From: an uncultured Clostridia bacterium
GTDB taxonomy: Bacteria > Bacillota > Clostridia > Christensenellales > Borkfalkiaceae
Direction: 5' to 3'
NCBI GenBank assembly: GCA_947630035.1
Contig: CANRFW010000001.1
Span: forward strand, 1 to 63,895
Length of the DNA stretch: 63,895 bases
Within the stretch, counting starts at the first letter, position 1. The number at the start of each line of letters is the position of its first letter. Below the pieces are notes generated by a model. The model did no database searches and was not told the origin of the DNA. It saw nothing but the letters and a program-made list of their open reading frames with translations. Position numbers and translations under genes: made by a program. Positions 27,676-37,220 of this stretch are shown here, piece by piece.

Positions 27676-29970
27676 ATGAAACAGGGGAAAATCGTGTTTG
27701 CGGCGGTTGCGGTCTGCACGGCGCTCGTGTGCGGCGCATGCGGCGGCGGGGCGAAGTACGACAGGGAGGCGCCCGCCCTTTCGTCGCCCGATGCAACGCT
27801 CACTCTCTCTCCGCCCGCGGAGGGAACGGCGATCTCGGGGGACCTCTTCGGGGTCTTCCTCGAGGACATCAACTACGCGTCGCAGGCGCTCGACGACAAC
27901 ATGGTCGAGAACGGCTCCTTCCAATCGGATGCTGGCCTCTCGCTCCAAAATAAGAGCTTTTCCGCGACGTACGGCTGGACGGCGGGCGGGGGCGCGAAGC
28001 TCTCCTCCGTCACGGCAGACAGCCCGCTCGGCGATCTCTATTCCTACGGGACGAACACGGTCGCGGAGCATGCCCTCGTGGAGACGGAGGCGGGCGGCAC
28101 CCTTTCGAACAGCGGCTATGTGCCCGTACCCATGGCGGTGGAAAAGGGGACGGGTTACAAGTTCTCCGCCTTCCTCAAGACGAGCGCGGACCTCACCCTC
28201 ACGGCGGAGATCACGGACGGGGAGACCGTTTACGCTTCCCTCTCCATCCCCGTCTCGGGCGGGTGGAAAAAGTACGAGCGCACGGTACAGGCGAGCGGCA
28301 CGGCGGACGAGGGCCTCTCCCTCAAGCTCACCTTTTCCGCGGCGGCGACGGTGCAGCTCGACGGCGTCTCCTTCGAGACGTCCGACAGCACGGTCGGCAT
28401 CAAAAACTATCTCTATGAGGCGGTGAAAGAGCTTTCGCCCGCCTTTGTCCGCTTCCCGGGCGGGTGCGTCACGGAGGGGGAGAACATTTCCCAGACGTAC
28501 GATTGGAAGAACTCGGTCGGCGCGGTGCAGACGGGGAGAAACGCGGGGGACGACGGCGTTCCCGCCTTCACCTATACCTTCGACGACGGGAACGGGGAGA
28601 GGGAGGTGACGACCTACGGCGAGGCAATCACGCGCACGCCCAACGTCAACCTCTGGCAGAACAACGGCTCCGAGTACTATCCCATGGATTACGGCATCGG
28701 GTTCTACGAGTACTTCACCCTCTGCGAGAGCCTCGGCGCCAAGGCGCTGCCCGTCGTAAGCTGCGGGCTCTCCTGCCAAGGTCAGGCATTCCCCGGGGCG
28801 CCCCTCGCGGGCAGACACAACAAGGGCGTGGAGGACTATATCCGCGACGCCGCCGACCTTATCGAGTTTGCGAAGGGGGACGAAAATACGACATGGGGTA
28901 AGATCCGTGCGGACATGGGTCACCCGAAGCCCTTCGAAATGGACTACCTCGGCGTGGGGAACGAGCAGTGGGACGGCGGCACGGCGTCCTCCGACTACTT
29001 CACGGGGTACTACGAAAAATTCCTCGAGAACGAGTACTTCACGGAGAAGTGCGAGGAGTACGGCATAACCCTCATCGTCGGCAATCACCAACAGCTCGTC
29101 CACTGCGAGGGGTCCATCGACTTTACGTCGGACACGCCGCGCACGACGGGCATCGCGAAGGACGCTGCTCTCGCCTACAGGACCAAGGGCAAGATCGAGA
29201 GCCTCGGCGATTACGGCGTGCAGGACCATCACTACTATAACAGCCCCGTCGATTTCCTCCTCCACACCCATATGTACGACGGCTACACCCGCGAGGGTGC
29301 GGACCGCTACGAGGTGTTCGTCGGCGAATATTCGGCGAACAATGCGTATGCGGAGGCTGGGAACTTTGCGAGCCTCTACAAGATCAACGGCTGGCTCTCC
29401 GCCCTCTCGGAGGCGGCGATGATGACGGGCTTCGAGCGCAACGGCGACATCGTGAAACTCGCGGCATATGCGCCCATGTTCGCGCCCGTCAGGGAGAATT
29501 ACCGCCACTGGGCGGTGGACATGATGCTGTTTACGAATACGCAGCTCGTCCGCACCGCCAACTACTATGTGCAGCAGCTCTTCATGCAGAATGCGGGGAC
29601 GAAAGTTTTGCCCGTTTCCGCGGAGTATGCGGAGGACTTCGAACCCGCCTGCGAATACGCCGCGGGGGGCGTGAAGAGGAATGTGGAAAAGCTCTCCTAT
29701 GTTGCGAGCGTGGATGAGGAGACGGGGGACGTCATCGTGAAAGTCGTCAACGCGGGGGAGGATACCGTCGGCATCAACTTCAAAACGGAGGGGATCAAGG
29801 CCGCGGGCACGGCGGACCTCATCGAGCTTTACGAGGAGCTTGACGCCGTGAACACCCTCGGGGACGAGATCGTCGCGCCCCGCACGCACGTCCTCGGCAA
29901 GATCGGAAGCACGGTCGGCTGCCGTGTGCGCGCCCACAGCGTGACGGTGTTGCGCATCCACACCAAGTAA
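27676..29970 (+). CDS. GH51-type alpha-L-arabinofuranosidase with an N-terminal CBM, probable lipoprotein
   Basis: 764 aa with signal peptide MKQGKIVFAAVAVCTALVCGAC. Motifs are VRFPGGCV, LGVGNEQWDG, FVGEYS and the C-terminal RTANYYVQQLFMQN. Confidence 0.75.
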   Translation: MKQGKIVFAAVAVCTALVCGACGGGAKYDREAPALSSPDATLTLSPPAEGTAISGDLFGVFLEDINYASQALDDNMVENGSFQSDAGLSLQNKSFSATYGWTAGGGAKLSSVTADSPLGDLYSYGTNTVAEHALVETEAGGTLSNSGYVPVPMAVEKGTGYKFSAFLKTSADLTLTAEITDGETVYASLSIPVSGGWKKYERTVQASGTADEGLSLKLTFSAAATVQLDGVSFETSDSTVGIKNYLYEAVKELSPAFVRFPGGCVTEGENISQTYDWKNSVGAVQTGRNAGDDGVPAFTYTFDDGNGEREVTTYGEAITRTPNVNLWQNNGSEYYPMDYGIGFYEYFTLCESLGAKALPVVSCGLSCQGQAFPGAPLAGRHNKGVEDYIRDAADLIEFAKGDENTTWGKIRADMGHPKPFEMDYLGVGNEQWDGGTASSDYFTGYYEKFLENEYFTEKCEEYGITLIVGNHQQLVHCEGSIDFTSDTPRTTGIAKDAALAYRTKGKIESLGDYGVQDHHYYNSPVDFLLHTHMYDGYTREGADRYEVFVGEYSANNAYAEAGNFASLYKINGWLSALSEAAMMTGFERNGDIVKLAAYAPMFAPVRENYRHWAVDMMLFTNTQLVRTANYYVQQLFMQNAGTKVLPVSAEYAEDFEPACEYAAGGVKRNVEKLSYVASVDEETGDVIVKVVNAGEDTVGINFKTEGIKAAGTADLIELYEELDAVNTLGDEIVAPRTHVLGKIGSTVGCRVRAHSVTVLRIHTK

Positions 29971-29984
29971 CCGTACAACCGCTC

Positions 29985-30135
29985 CCTCCTTGGCTCTCCT
30001 CCGTAACTTGCCCTCCCCCTGCGTCAGGGGGAGGGGTAGGGGTGAGGGTCCGCCCTCGAATATCGCTTACCCCTTACAACCGCATGAAACCTTTGTGCCG
30101 CCCGACCGCATATTGCGGTCGGGCGGCACAATCTT
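29985..30135. repeat. Intergenic repeat modules plus a strong bidirectional hairpin
   Basis: 30011-30071 matches 41-101 with one mismatch. The hairpin GTGCCGCCCGACCGC/GCGGTCGGGCGGCAC at 30095-30129 lies between convergent genes. Confidence 0.8.
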
Positions 30136-30176
30136 GTCTGTAAAAAATTTGTCTGCCGAAAAGAGCGCCGCGGCCG

Positions 30177-30842
30177 TTACGCAAGGCTCCAATCGATGGG
30201 CGCAATGCCGTGGGCGATGAGGTATTCGTTCGTCTTGGAATAGTGTCTGCACCCGAAAAACCCGTTGTACGCCGAGAGCGGCGAGGGGTGGGCGCACTCC
30301 AGAACGAGGTGCTTGCCCGTGTCGATCAGCGGCTTCTTGCGCCGCGCGTTGCCTCCCCAGAGGAGGAAGACGAGATGCTCCTTTTCGCGGGACAAAAGCT
30401 CGATCACGCTGTCCGTAAACCAGCTCCAGCCGCAATTCGCGTGGCTGTTTGCCTGATGCTCGCGCACGGTGAGGGCGGTGTTCATCAAAAGAACCCCCTC
30501 CCTCGCCCACTTTTCGAGGTTCCCGCTCTTGGGCGGGGGGCAGCCCAAATCGTCCTTGAGTTCTTTCAGCATGTTTTCGAGAGACGGGGGCTTGGGCACC
30601 CCCTCCTTCACCGAGAAGCACAGCCCGTGCGCCTGCCCCGGTTCGTGGTAGGGATCCTGTCCGAGGAGGACGGCCTTCACCTTTGCGTACGGCGTAAAGC
30701 GGAAACAGTTGTAGAGGTCGTACATATCGGGGTAGACGACGCAGTGCGAGTACTCATACTTCAAAAATTCACGGATCTTTTTGTACCGTTCGTCCGCAAA
30801 GAGGGGAGCGAGCGGCTCCTTCCAATCGCCCAAATCGATCAT
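30177..30842 (-). CDS. ung: Uracil-DNA glycosylase
   Basis: Motifs LLGQDPYH and AHPSPLSA. 221 aa from MIDLGDW. The upstream part of the tracked ORF overlaps luxS and is discounted. Confidence 0.93.
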   Translation of the reverse strand: MIDLGDWKEPLAPLFADERYKKIREFLKYEYSHCVVYPDMYDLYNCFRFTPYAKVKAVLLGQDPYHEPGQAHGLCFSVKEGVPKPPSLENMLKELKDDLGCPPPKSGNLEKWAREGVLLMNTALTVREHQANSHANCGWSWFTDSVIELLSREKEHLVFLLWGGNARRKKPLIDTGKHLVLECAHPSPLSAYNGFFGCRHYSKTNEYLIAHGIAPIDWSLA

Positions 30843-31264
30843 ACATTCTCCAAAATTGCAAGGTAACTGCGCAGTTCCTCTTTCGCGCCTTCCATATCGT
30901 GTTCGAGGTAGTTGCCGCACTCCTTTCGGGTGGCGCCGGGAATGGCGTCGAGGGCGAGCGCGGCGCGGATGCCCTCCTCGATCAGCGCCTTCCCCTCCCC
31001 GTAACTTCTCCGCAGCGTGAGGAGGTAAAACCCCGTGCGGCACCCCATGGGGCCGAAGTACACAATGTCGTCCCCGCCCAATTCGCGCAGGGTCGTCGCG
31101 AGAAGATGCTCAACGGTGTGCAGCGCCTTGGGGGCAATGTAGTCCCCCGCATTGGGCTTTTTGAAGCGGAGATCGAAGGTGGTGATTTGGTTTGCGTCCG
31201 TCCGCGCATGCAGGCCGGGCTGCAGGTTGTCGTGGTCCTTTTCGAAGGACGGGATCTTTTTCAT
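30839..31264 (-). CDS. luxS: S-ribosylhomocysteine lyase LuxS
   Basis: Motifs HTVEHLLAT and GPMGCRTGFY. 4-nt overlaps with ung and mtnN. Confidence 0.92.
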   Translation of the reverse strand: MKKIPSFEKDHDNLQPGLHARTDANQITTFDLRFKKPNAGDYIAPKALHTVEHLLATTLRELGGDDIVYFGPMGCRTGFYLLTLRRSYGEGKALIEEGIRAALALDAIPGATRKECGNYLEHDMEGAKEELRSYLAILENV

Positions 31265-31914
31265 AGGCTCTCCAGAATTTCCTTGAGACTTGCTTTGAGT
31301 TCGAGAAGGGCGAGTTTGCAATTTTTACGGAATTGCTCGGTCGTTGACCCCGAGCCGTAGACGTCGGAAATGGCTTTCACGCTCACGAAGGGCACGCCTG
31401 CATACTTGCACACCTGCGCAATGGCGGCGCCCTCCATGTCCCGCACGTCGCAGCCGAGGCGGAGGAGAAGGGCATGGTCGGCGGGGGAATCGTCGAACCT
31501 GTCCCCCGTGCCGAGCGCGCGGCGGGGGTAGGGGAGAGACGGGAGTTCGAGGGGCAGAAAATTCTCCGTTTCGCCGGGGAGGGTGCCCACTTCCTTGCCC
31601 GAGAGCTGCCGGAGGTCGAAATCGTACTGCACCGCCCGTTCGATGAGATACACCTCGCCCACGGCGGTATTTTCGGGCGCAAGCCCGCCCGCCACGCCGA
31701 AGTTCAACACGACGTCCGCACCCGCGGAGATGGCGGCGCACGCACCCGCGGCGGCGTTGACCTTGCCCTCCGCCGAGATGACGAGGGCTATGTCCTTTCC
31801 GAACGCCTTGCCGAAGTGTACCGTCTTCCCGTACAGCGTTCCGATATTTTCGACTTCCATTTGGTCGAGGAGGATCTCCGCCTCGCTGTCCATGGCAATG
31901 ACGCAACCGATCAT
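31261..31914 (-). CDS. mtnN: 5'-methylthioadenosine/S-adenosylhomocysteine nucleosidase
   Basis: MIGCVIAMDSEAE N-terminus, FGVAGGL and VRDMEGAAIAQV motifs. Confidence 0.88.
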   Translation of the reverse strand: MIGCVIAMDSEAEILLDQMEVENIGTLYGKTVHFGKAFGKDIALVISAEGKVNAAAGACAAISAGADVVLNFGVAGGLAPENTAVGEVYLIERAVQYDFDLRQLSGKEVGTLPGETENFLPLELPSLPYPRRALGTGDRFDDSPADHALLLRLGCDVRDMEGAAIAQVCKYAGVPFVSVKAISDVYGSGSTTEQFRKNCKLALLELKASLKEILESL

Positions 31915-31929
31915 AATATTCTCCTTGTT

Positions 31930-32300
31930 TGAATGGGCTTGGTTTGAGACCCCCTCGCTTCGCCTTACGGCCCGTGCCGCCCGTAGCCCGCACGTGTCGG
32001 AATGACGTCGAACAGCGAAAGGCCTACCCTTTTCCAAAGGGGAGGCTCCGCCGTAGGCGGTGGTGGGGATTGTCGATTATCACATGCCCATCCCCATCCG
32101 TCACGGCTACGCCGTGCCACCTTCCCCTTCCCGAGGAAGGGTAAGGCTTTTTCTGCGGCGTCCGAGGAAGGGTAAGGCTTGGGGCGGGGCGTAGGGCAAC
32201 GCGACAGGGCGCCGCGGGAGAGTGTTGCAGTCAGTCCCTCATTCCGAACGGAGCCGCAGGCGGAGCGAGGGAATCTTTCCCTTAAAAGATACGCCGCTTC
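31930..32300. repeat. Intergenic cluster of GC-rich repeat modules
   Basis: TCGGAATGACGTC at 31997-32009. A degenerate copy of the 202-262 module lies near 32088-32150, followed by a tandem CCGAGGAAGGGTAAGGC. A copy of 451-508 lies at 32237-32293. Confidence 0.7.
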
Positions 32301-32409
32301 GCCCTCCTCCCTTGCGCCGCCCTTCTATTGTAACAACTTTTTCCGAAAAAAGCAAGAGCGGAATACTTCTTTTTCTTCTCGTCCATAAAGGTTGCACAAG
32401 GAGGATCAA

Positions 32410-33657
32410 ATGAATCCGTTTGATTTGAAGCCGCAAAAGGCGGACAAGATTTTTACCTCATGGAAGAATGTACTCGTAAAGCCCTACGATAAGAACGCCG
32501 TCGATCCCTACACGCGCCTCCGCGTCATCCTCATGTCGGGCACCGAGTTCGAGAGCGTGCGCTTCTCCAATTCGTTTACCCGCCACTGTCCGAACAACGA
32601 CGTGAGGCGGCGGCTCGCCGTCATGCGGAGGGGGGAGCAGATCCAGCAGAAGCGGGTCGCAGCGTTAAAACCCGCGAACGAGAGTATTTTGGAACACACC
32701 ATAGGGTACGAACAGCTCGCCGTCGATCTCACCGCGAACCTTGCCGTAACCGAGAAGAATTCCTATGTGAAAAAGCAGCTCGACTTCGCCCTTTTGGAGG
32801 ACTTCGACCACCTCTACCGCTACGCCGACCTCATGGAACTCGAGAAGGGGGGAGACCCCAAAAAGCTCGTGGGGGACTACACCGAGATCATGCCGGGGCG
32901 GCCCACCGTCGCCGAGTACCGCCACCCGCACGACGACGTCAACTTCTGTCTCAACTGCTACCTCAACGACCTCAAGACCAAGCTCAACGTCAACATTATC
33001 ACGGCGGCGGAACAGCAGACGATGAACTTTTATATGAACGTCGCCAACCTTTACACGACCCCCCTCGGCAGAAAGCTGTATAACGAGATCGCGATGATCG
33101 AGGAACAGCACGTCACGGGGTACGGGTGCCTCAAAGACCCCATGATGACGTGGTGGGAGGGGCTCCTCATGAACGAGTACACCGAGTGCTATCTCTACTA
33201 TTCCTGTTACGAGGACGAGAAGGATGCGCGCATCAAGAAGATTTGGGAGATGCACTTCGAGGAGGAGGTCGCCCACCTTCACGAGGCCGCGGCCCTTCTC
33301 AAGACGTACGAGGGCAAGGTGTGGCAGCAGGTATTCCCCGAGGGCGGGGAGTTCCCCGAACTTCTGAAGTTCCGCTCCCAAAAGGAATATGTACGCGAGG
33401 CCTTGAAGAGCGTGCGGCTCACGGGCGTGGAGGAGGGGTGGGAGCCTCTCGACAAGGTGCCCGATACCTTCCGCTATTTCGGGTACAACGCGAAGATCAA
33501 CGGCAGTCCCACGGCGGTGGGGACGCACGCCGTCATCGAGCGCGCGATCGCGGAGTTCAGGCAGGATTACCGCATCCAGCGGGGCGAGCATCCCATAAAG
33601 GCGCTTTCCGACAGAAAGAAGGACAATGTGGACATTGCCCGCGTCAAAGGAAAATAA
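32410..33657 (+). CDS. Ferritin-like (di-iron carboxylate superfamily) protein of unknown function
   Basis: 415 aa from the ATG after SD AAGGAGG. Repeated E...ExxH-type helices are present (IEEQHV, EEEVAHLHE, LEDFDHL). No specific family recognised. Confidence 0.55.
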   Translation: MNPFDLKPQKADKIFTSWKNVLVKPYDKNAVDPYTRLRVILMSGTEFESVRFSNSFTRHCPNNDVRRRLAVMRRGEQIQQKRVAALKPANESILEHTIGYEQLAVDLTANLAVTEKNSYVKKQLDFALLEDFDHLYRYADLMELEKGGDPKKLVGDYTEIMPGRPTVAEYRHPHDDVNFCLNCYLNDLKTKLNVNIITAAEQQTMNFYMNVANLYTTPLGRKLYNEIAMIEEQHVTGYGCLKDPMMTWWEGLLMNEYTECYLYYSCYEDEKDARIKKIWEMHFEEEVAHLHEAAALLKTYEGKVWQQVFPEGGEFPELLKFRSQKEYVREALKSVRLTGVEEGWEPLDKVPDTFRYFGYNAKINGSPTAVGTHAVIERAIAEFRQDYRIQRGEHPIKALSDRKKDNVDIARVKGK

Positions 33658-33733
33658 TATTTTTTGTTTAAGCCGTTCCGTTTTGCGGTATATAATAAGT
33701 GTTCCCCGAGGGGGACGAAAAGGAGAAAAAACC

Positions 33734-34147
33734 ATGAAAACGTATCTGCAAAGAAGAAATTCGGATGACCTCTTCGACGCATTCAACGACTTTTTCAAGC
33801 CCATGTTCTATGACGAACATCTCGACAGCATGCGGACGGATATCCGCGAAACGGACAAGGAATACCTCTTGAACATCGAGCTTCCGGGCTTCAAGAAGGA
33901 GGAGATCAAGGTCTCTTTGGAGGACGGGTATCTCACCGTCTCCGCCGAGCGCAAGGAGGAAAAATCGCAGGATGGGGTGCGGTTTTTGCGCAAGGAGTGC
34001 AGCGTAAGCTGCCAGAGAAGCTACTACGTCGGCGAGAATGTGGAGGAGGCGAACGTGAAGGGACGCTACGAAAACGGCGTGCTTTCTCTGACCCTTCCCA
34101 AGATCCCGCCCAAAAAGCCCGCATTAAAGACCATCGCGATCGACTGA
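33734..34147 (+). CDS. hsp20: Hsp20/alpha-crystallin family small heat-shock protein
   Basis: 137 aa with the alpha-crystallin core DIRETDKEYLLNIELPGFKKEEIKVSLEDGYLTVSAER and ...ENGVLSLTLPK. Confidence 0.9.
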   Translation: MKTYLQRRNSDDLFDAFNDFFKPMFYDEHLDSMRTDIRETDKEYLLNIELPGFKKEEIKVSLEDGYLTVSAERKEEKSQDGVRFLRKECSVSCQRSYYVGENVEEANVKGRYENGVLSLTLPKIPPKKPALKTIAID

Positions 34148-34176
34148 CGGCCCTTTTGCAACCGAACAAAATAAGT

Positions 34177-34210
34177 GGCGCCCCGCGGCATTTGCCGCGG
34201 GGCGCCTTTC
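34177..34210. terminator. Bidirectional hairpin terminator
   Basis: GGCGCCCCGCGG-loop-CCGCGGGGCGCC followed by TTT, between convergent hsp20 and the ABC-F gene. Confidence 0.7.
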
Positions 34211-34215
34211 GTATT

Positions 34216-36054
34216 TTATATCAATTCTCCGTACTCCTCGTAGAGGGCGTCTATCTCCGCGCGCACCTCCTCCTGCCGCGCCGTAATGCGCCGCGCTTCG
34301 AGGAAGTCTTTCGCCTTTTCAAAGAGTTCCGCGTCGAGGGCGGCCGCCTCTTCCTCGAGAAGGGCGAGCCTTTTCTCGATCTCCGAAACGCGGTTCCTGC
34401 GCTGTGCTTCCCGCGCCCGCTCCTCCTTGCCGCGGTGGCTGTCCGTCTTCTTTTCGCGTTGCACGGGCGGCTCGCGGCGGGCGGCGAGGTAGTCCCCGTA
34501 CTTCCCCTCGAACCAAACGAGTTTCCCGTTCTCGAGGGCGCACACGGTGTCTGCGAGGGTCTCGATGAACCGCCTGTCGTGCGAGACGAAGAGGAGGGTG
34601 CCGTCGAAACTCTTGAGGGCCTCCTCGAGGGATTCGCGGGCGGGCAGGTCGAGGTGGTTGGTCGGCTCGTCGAGGACGAGGAAATTCCCCCTCCGCCCCT
34701 CGAGCATCGCAAGCCCCAACTTTGCCCTGAGGCCCCCCGAGAGTTCGCCCACTTTCTTTTGGACGTCCTCCGCGTTCAGCCCCGCGCGGGCGAGGGTGGC
34801 TCTCGCCTCCGTCTGCGTGAGGCGGGGGAACCGCCCCCAAAACACGTCGAGGACGCGCTCCTCCTTGGGCAGGTCGGCGTTCTCCTGGTCGTAATACGCC
34901 GCCCGCACGAACCGCCCGAGGCTCACTTCGGGCGCTCCCGAGAGGAGGAAGCGGAGGAGGGTACTCTTGCCCGTGCCGTTGTCCCCCACGATCGCGCACC
35001 GCTTCCCCCGCGCAAGGGTGAAGGTCTCCCGCGCAAGGAGGATCTTGCCCTCCGCCGAGAGGGTGAAGGGGGAAGTCTTCACGACCGTCTCATACGGCCT
35101 CTCGTCGTAGGTAAAGCGGAAGCGGGGAGGCGGGGGAGGAGGGAGGGGCTTTTCGAGAAGCTCCATCCGCTCGAGCTTGTTCACGCGGGAGAGAGCGCCC
35201 GAAGCCGTCGTCGCGCGGACAATGTTCTTGTCCACATAAGTCTGCAGCTTGCGGATCTCCTCTTGCTGCTTCTCGTAGGCACGCGTCTCCTCCTTGAACT
35301 TCTCCTCTTTGAGGACGCGGTACTTGGTGTAATTGCCCTTGTAAGAAGTCACCCTTCCCCGCTCCGTCTCGAGGGTGCGGGAGGTGAGTTTGTCGAGAAA
35401 ATACCTGTCGTGCGAGACGACGAGGACGGCCCCCTTGTAGGCGGTAAGATAGTCTTCGAGCCAGAAGAGGGTCTTGAGGTCGAGGTGGTTGGTCGGCTCG
35501 TCGAGGATGAGAAGCTCGGGCGCTTCGAGGAGGAGGCGGCAGAGCTTCAGCCTCGTCTTCTCCCCGCCCGACATGGTGGAGACGACCTGTTCGTACATCC
35601 CCTCGAATCCCATGCCGTTCAGAACGGTCTTGATCTTCACGTCAAAGCGGTAGCTGTCCCGCGCGGCGATGCGCTTTGCAAGGCTCTCCGCCCTCGCCGC
35701 AAGCACCCGCATCTCCTGCTCCCCCGCTCCCGTCATCGCGCTCTGCGTCTCCGCGAGGGAGGCGAGGAGACGCTTGTCCTCTTCGAAGACCCGTTCGAGG
35801 ACGGCGTAGGCGGTTTCCTCCGAAGAGAAGTCCGCGCCCTGCTCGAGATAGCCGAGGGTGAGGGAGGAGCGCCGCACCACGCTCCCCTCCTCGGGCACGA
35901 GTTCCCCCACGAGGAGTTTTAAGAGGGTGGACTTGCCCTCGCCGTTCCCGCCGATCAGCCCCACCCGCTCCTTTTCGTGCAGCGCAAAGGAGACGTTCTT
36001 CAGGATGGGAACGCCCGTGTAGGAGAAGGTGAGGTTTTTGACTTCGATCAACAT
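34216..36054 (-). CDS. ABC-F family ATPase (two ABC domains, coiled-coil C-terminal extension)
   Basis: 612 aa with Walker A GGNGEGKST and GDNGTGKST, signatures LSGGEK and LSGGLR, and no TM domain. Confidence 0.9.
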   Translation of the reverse strand: MLIEVKNLTFSYTGVPILKNVSFALHEKERVGLIGGNGEGKSTLLKLLVGELVPEEGSVVRRSSLTLGYLEQGADFSSEETAYAVLERVFEEDKRLLASLAETQSAMTGAGEQEMRVLAARAESLAKRIAARDSYRFDVKIKTVLNGMGFEGMYEQVVSTMSGGEKTRLKLCRLLLEAPELLILDEPTNHLDLKTLFWLEDYLTAYKGAVLVVSHDRYFLDKLTSRTLETERGRVTSYKGNYTKYRVLKEEKFKEETRAYEKQQEEIRKLQTYVDKNIVRATTASGALSRVNKLERMELLEKPLPPPPPPRFRFTYDERPYETVVKTSPFTLSAEGKILLARETFTLARGKRCAIVGDNGTGKSTLLRFLLSGAPEVSLGRFVRAAYYDQENADLPKEERVLDVFWGRFPRLTQTEARATLARAGLNAEDVQKKVGELSGGLRAKLGLAMLEGRRGNFLVLDEPTNHLDLPARESLEEALKSFDGTLLFVSHDRRFIETLADTVCALENGKLVWFEGKYGDYLAARREPPVQREKKTDSHRGKEERAREAQRRNRVSEIEKRLALLEEEAAALDAELFEKAKDFLEARRITARQEEVRAEIDALYEEYGELI

Positions 36055-36203
36055 GATTTTCTATCGGCGTGGCATACTTGCGGTATGAGAAAGGGGACCC
36101 TTGAAGAGATACGCCTTCTCGAGGAGAAGCTGAAGGGCGCCTCGCCGCCCGCGTGCGCGAAGCTCACGAAGAAGCTCGTGAGGAGGAAGGACGCGTTCTT
36201 CCG

Positions 36204-37055
36204 CTAAAGATCCCATTGGGGGACGAAGCTCTCCTCCGCGCTCTCCCTATCCTGTGCGAAGACATTGGTAAAGCCGAGGGAGACGGCATAGTCGAGGAGG
36301 CGGTCATACTCCCTGTCCGTCACGCGGCGGTCAAGCTCGGGGAACTTTCCCGCTTCGCCCATGGGGACGTACTGCCGCATGAGGGAGAGGGGAGCCGCGG
36401 GCGGGAGAATGCCGCGGAGGAAGTCGAGCGCCCGCTTGCCGTCCGCCGTGCAGGCGGGGAGGACGAGGTGCCGCACGAGAATGCCCGAGAGCAGCCGCCC
36501 TCCCTCCCATACGACGGGCTTTTCCGCCATGAAGGAGAGGGCCTTGCTTGCGACCTCGAAGTAGTCCCTTCTCCCCGTGTATCTCTCCGAGAGGACGGGG
36601 GAGACGAACTTTAAGTCGGGGAGCCACACATCCACAAAGGGGGCGACCTCTTTGAGGGCATTTACCTCCGCATACCCGCTCGAATTGTAGATAACGGGCA
36701 CTTTGGGGCGGTACAGGGCGAGAGCTTCCGCAAGGAGGGGGGAAATATGGTCGGGCGTCACGAGATCGAGGTTCTCCGCGCCCATATCCTCGAGTTCGCG
36801 GAAGATATCGGCAAGTTCTCTATAGGTTACCGCCTTTCCCCGCCGTGCCCGCGAAACTTCGTAGTTCTGGCAAAAGATACAGCGGAGATTGCACCCTCCG
36901 AAGAAAACCGCCCCGCTTTTGCCGCCCGGGGAAAGGCAAGGCTCCTCATAGGGGTGCAAATAGTATTTGGCGACGGTAATTCCGCGTGTTCCGCACGCTC
37001 CTGCCCGCTTTTCTCTGTCTGCCCCGCACTTCACGGGGCAAAGGGTACAGTTCAT
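36204..37055 (-). CDS. Radical SAM protein, PflX/YjjW-like activase family
   Basis: 283 aa from MNCTLCPVKCG, with the CxxxCxxC motif GGCNLRCIFCQN. Confidence 0.82.
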   Translation of the reverse strand: MNCTLCPVKCGADREKRAGACGTRGITVAKYYLHPYEEPCLSPGGKSGAVFFGGCNLRCIFCQNYEVSRARRGKAVTYRELADIFRELEDMGAENLDLVTPDHISPLLAEALALYRPKVPVIYNSSGYAEVNALKEVAPFVDVWLPDLKFVSPVLSERYTGRRDYFEVASKALSFMAEKPVVWEGGRLLSGILVRHLVLPACTADGKRALDFLRGILPPAAPLSLMRQYVPMGEAGKFPELDRRVTDREYDRLLDYAVSLGFTNVFAQDRESAEESFVPQWDL

Positions 37056-37061
37056 GGTTCG

Positions 37062-37090
37062 ATTATAGCATAACCGCTTGAAAAATGCAA
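37062..37090 (-). promoter_or_regulatory. Sigma-A type promoter (extended -10) positioned for a leaderless transcript
   Basis: The minus strand reads TTGCAT (37090-37085), 17 nt, TGcTATAAT (to 37062), then cgaacc and the ATG (37055). No SD is present. Confidence 0.5.
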
Positions 37091-37220
37091 CTTTACGCAC
37101 GGAAATAGGGGATTTACGGCGAAAAATTTCCATTGACAAAGGATCGGCCGTGCAACGTCCCCAAACCCCCGTAAACCGCACAAATCGCTCCTAAACTCTC
37201 ATATTTTAGCCTTTTGCATA

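Noticed and set aside
35977-36207. A small plus-strand ORF (core MRKGTLEEIRLLEEKLKG..., about 40 aa from 36087) between two minus-strand genes.
   Set aside because: It has no convincing SD or promoter, its stop overlaps the radical SAM stop, and no family was recognised. It is too weak to call, although a small protein cannot be excluded.
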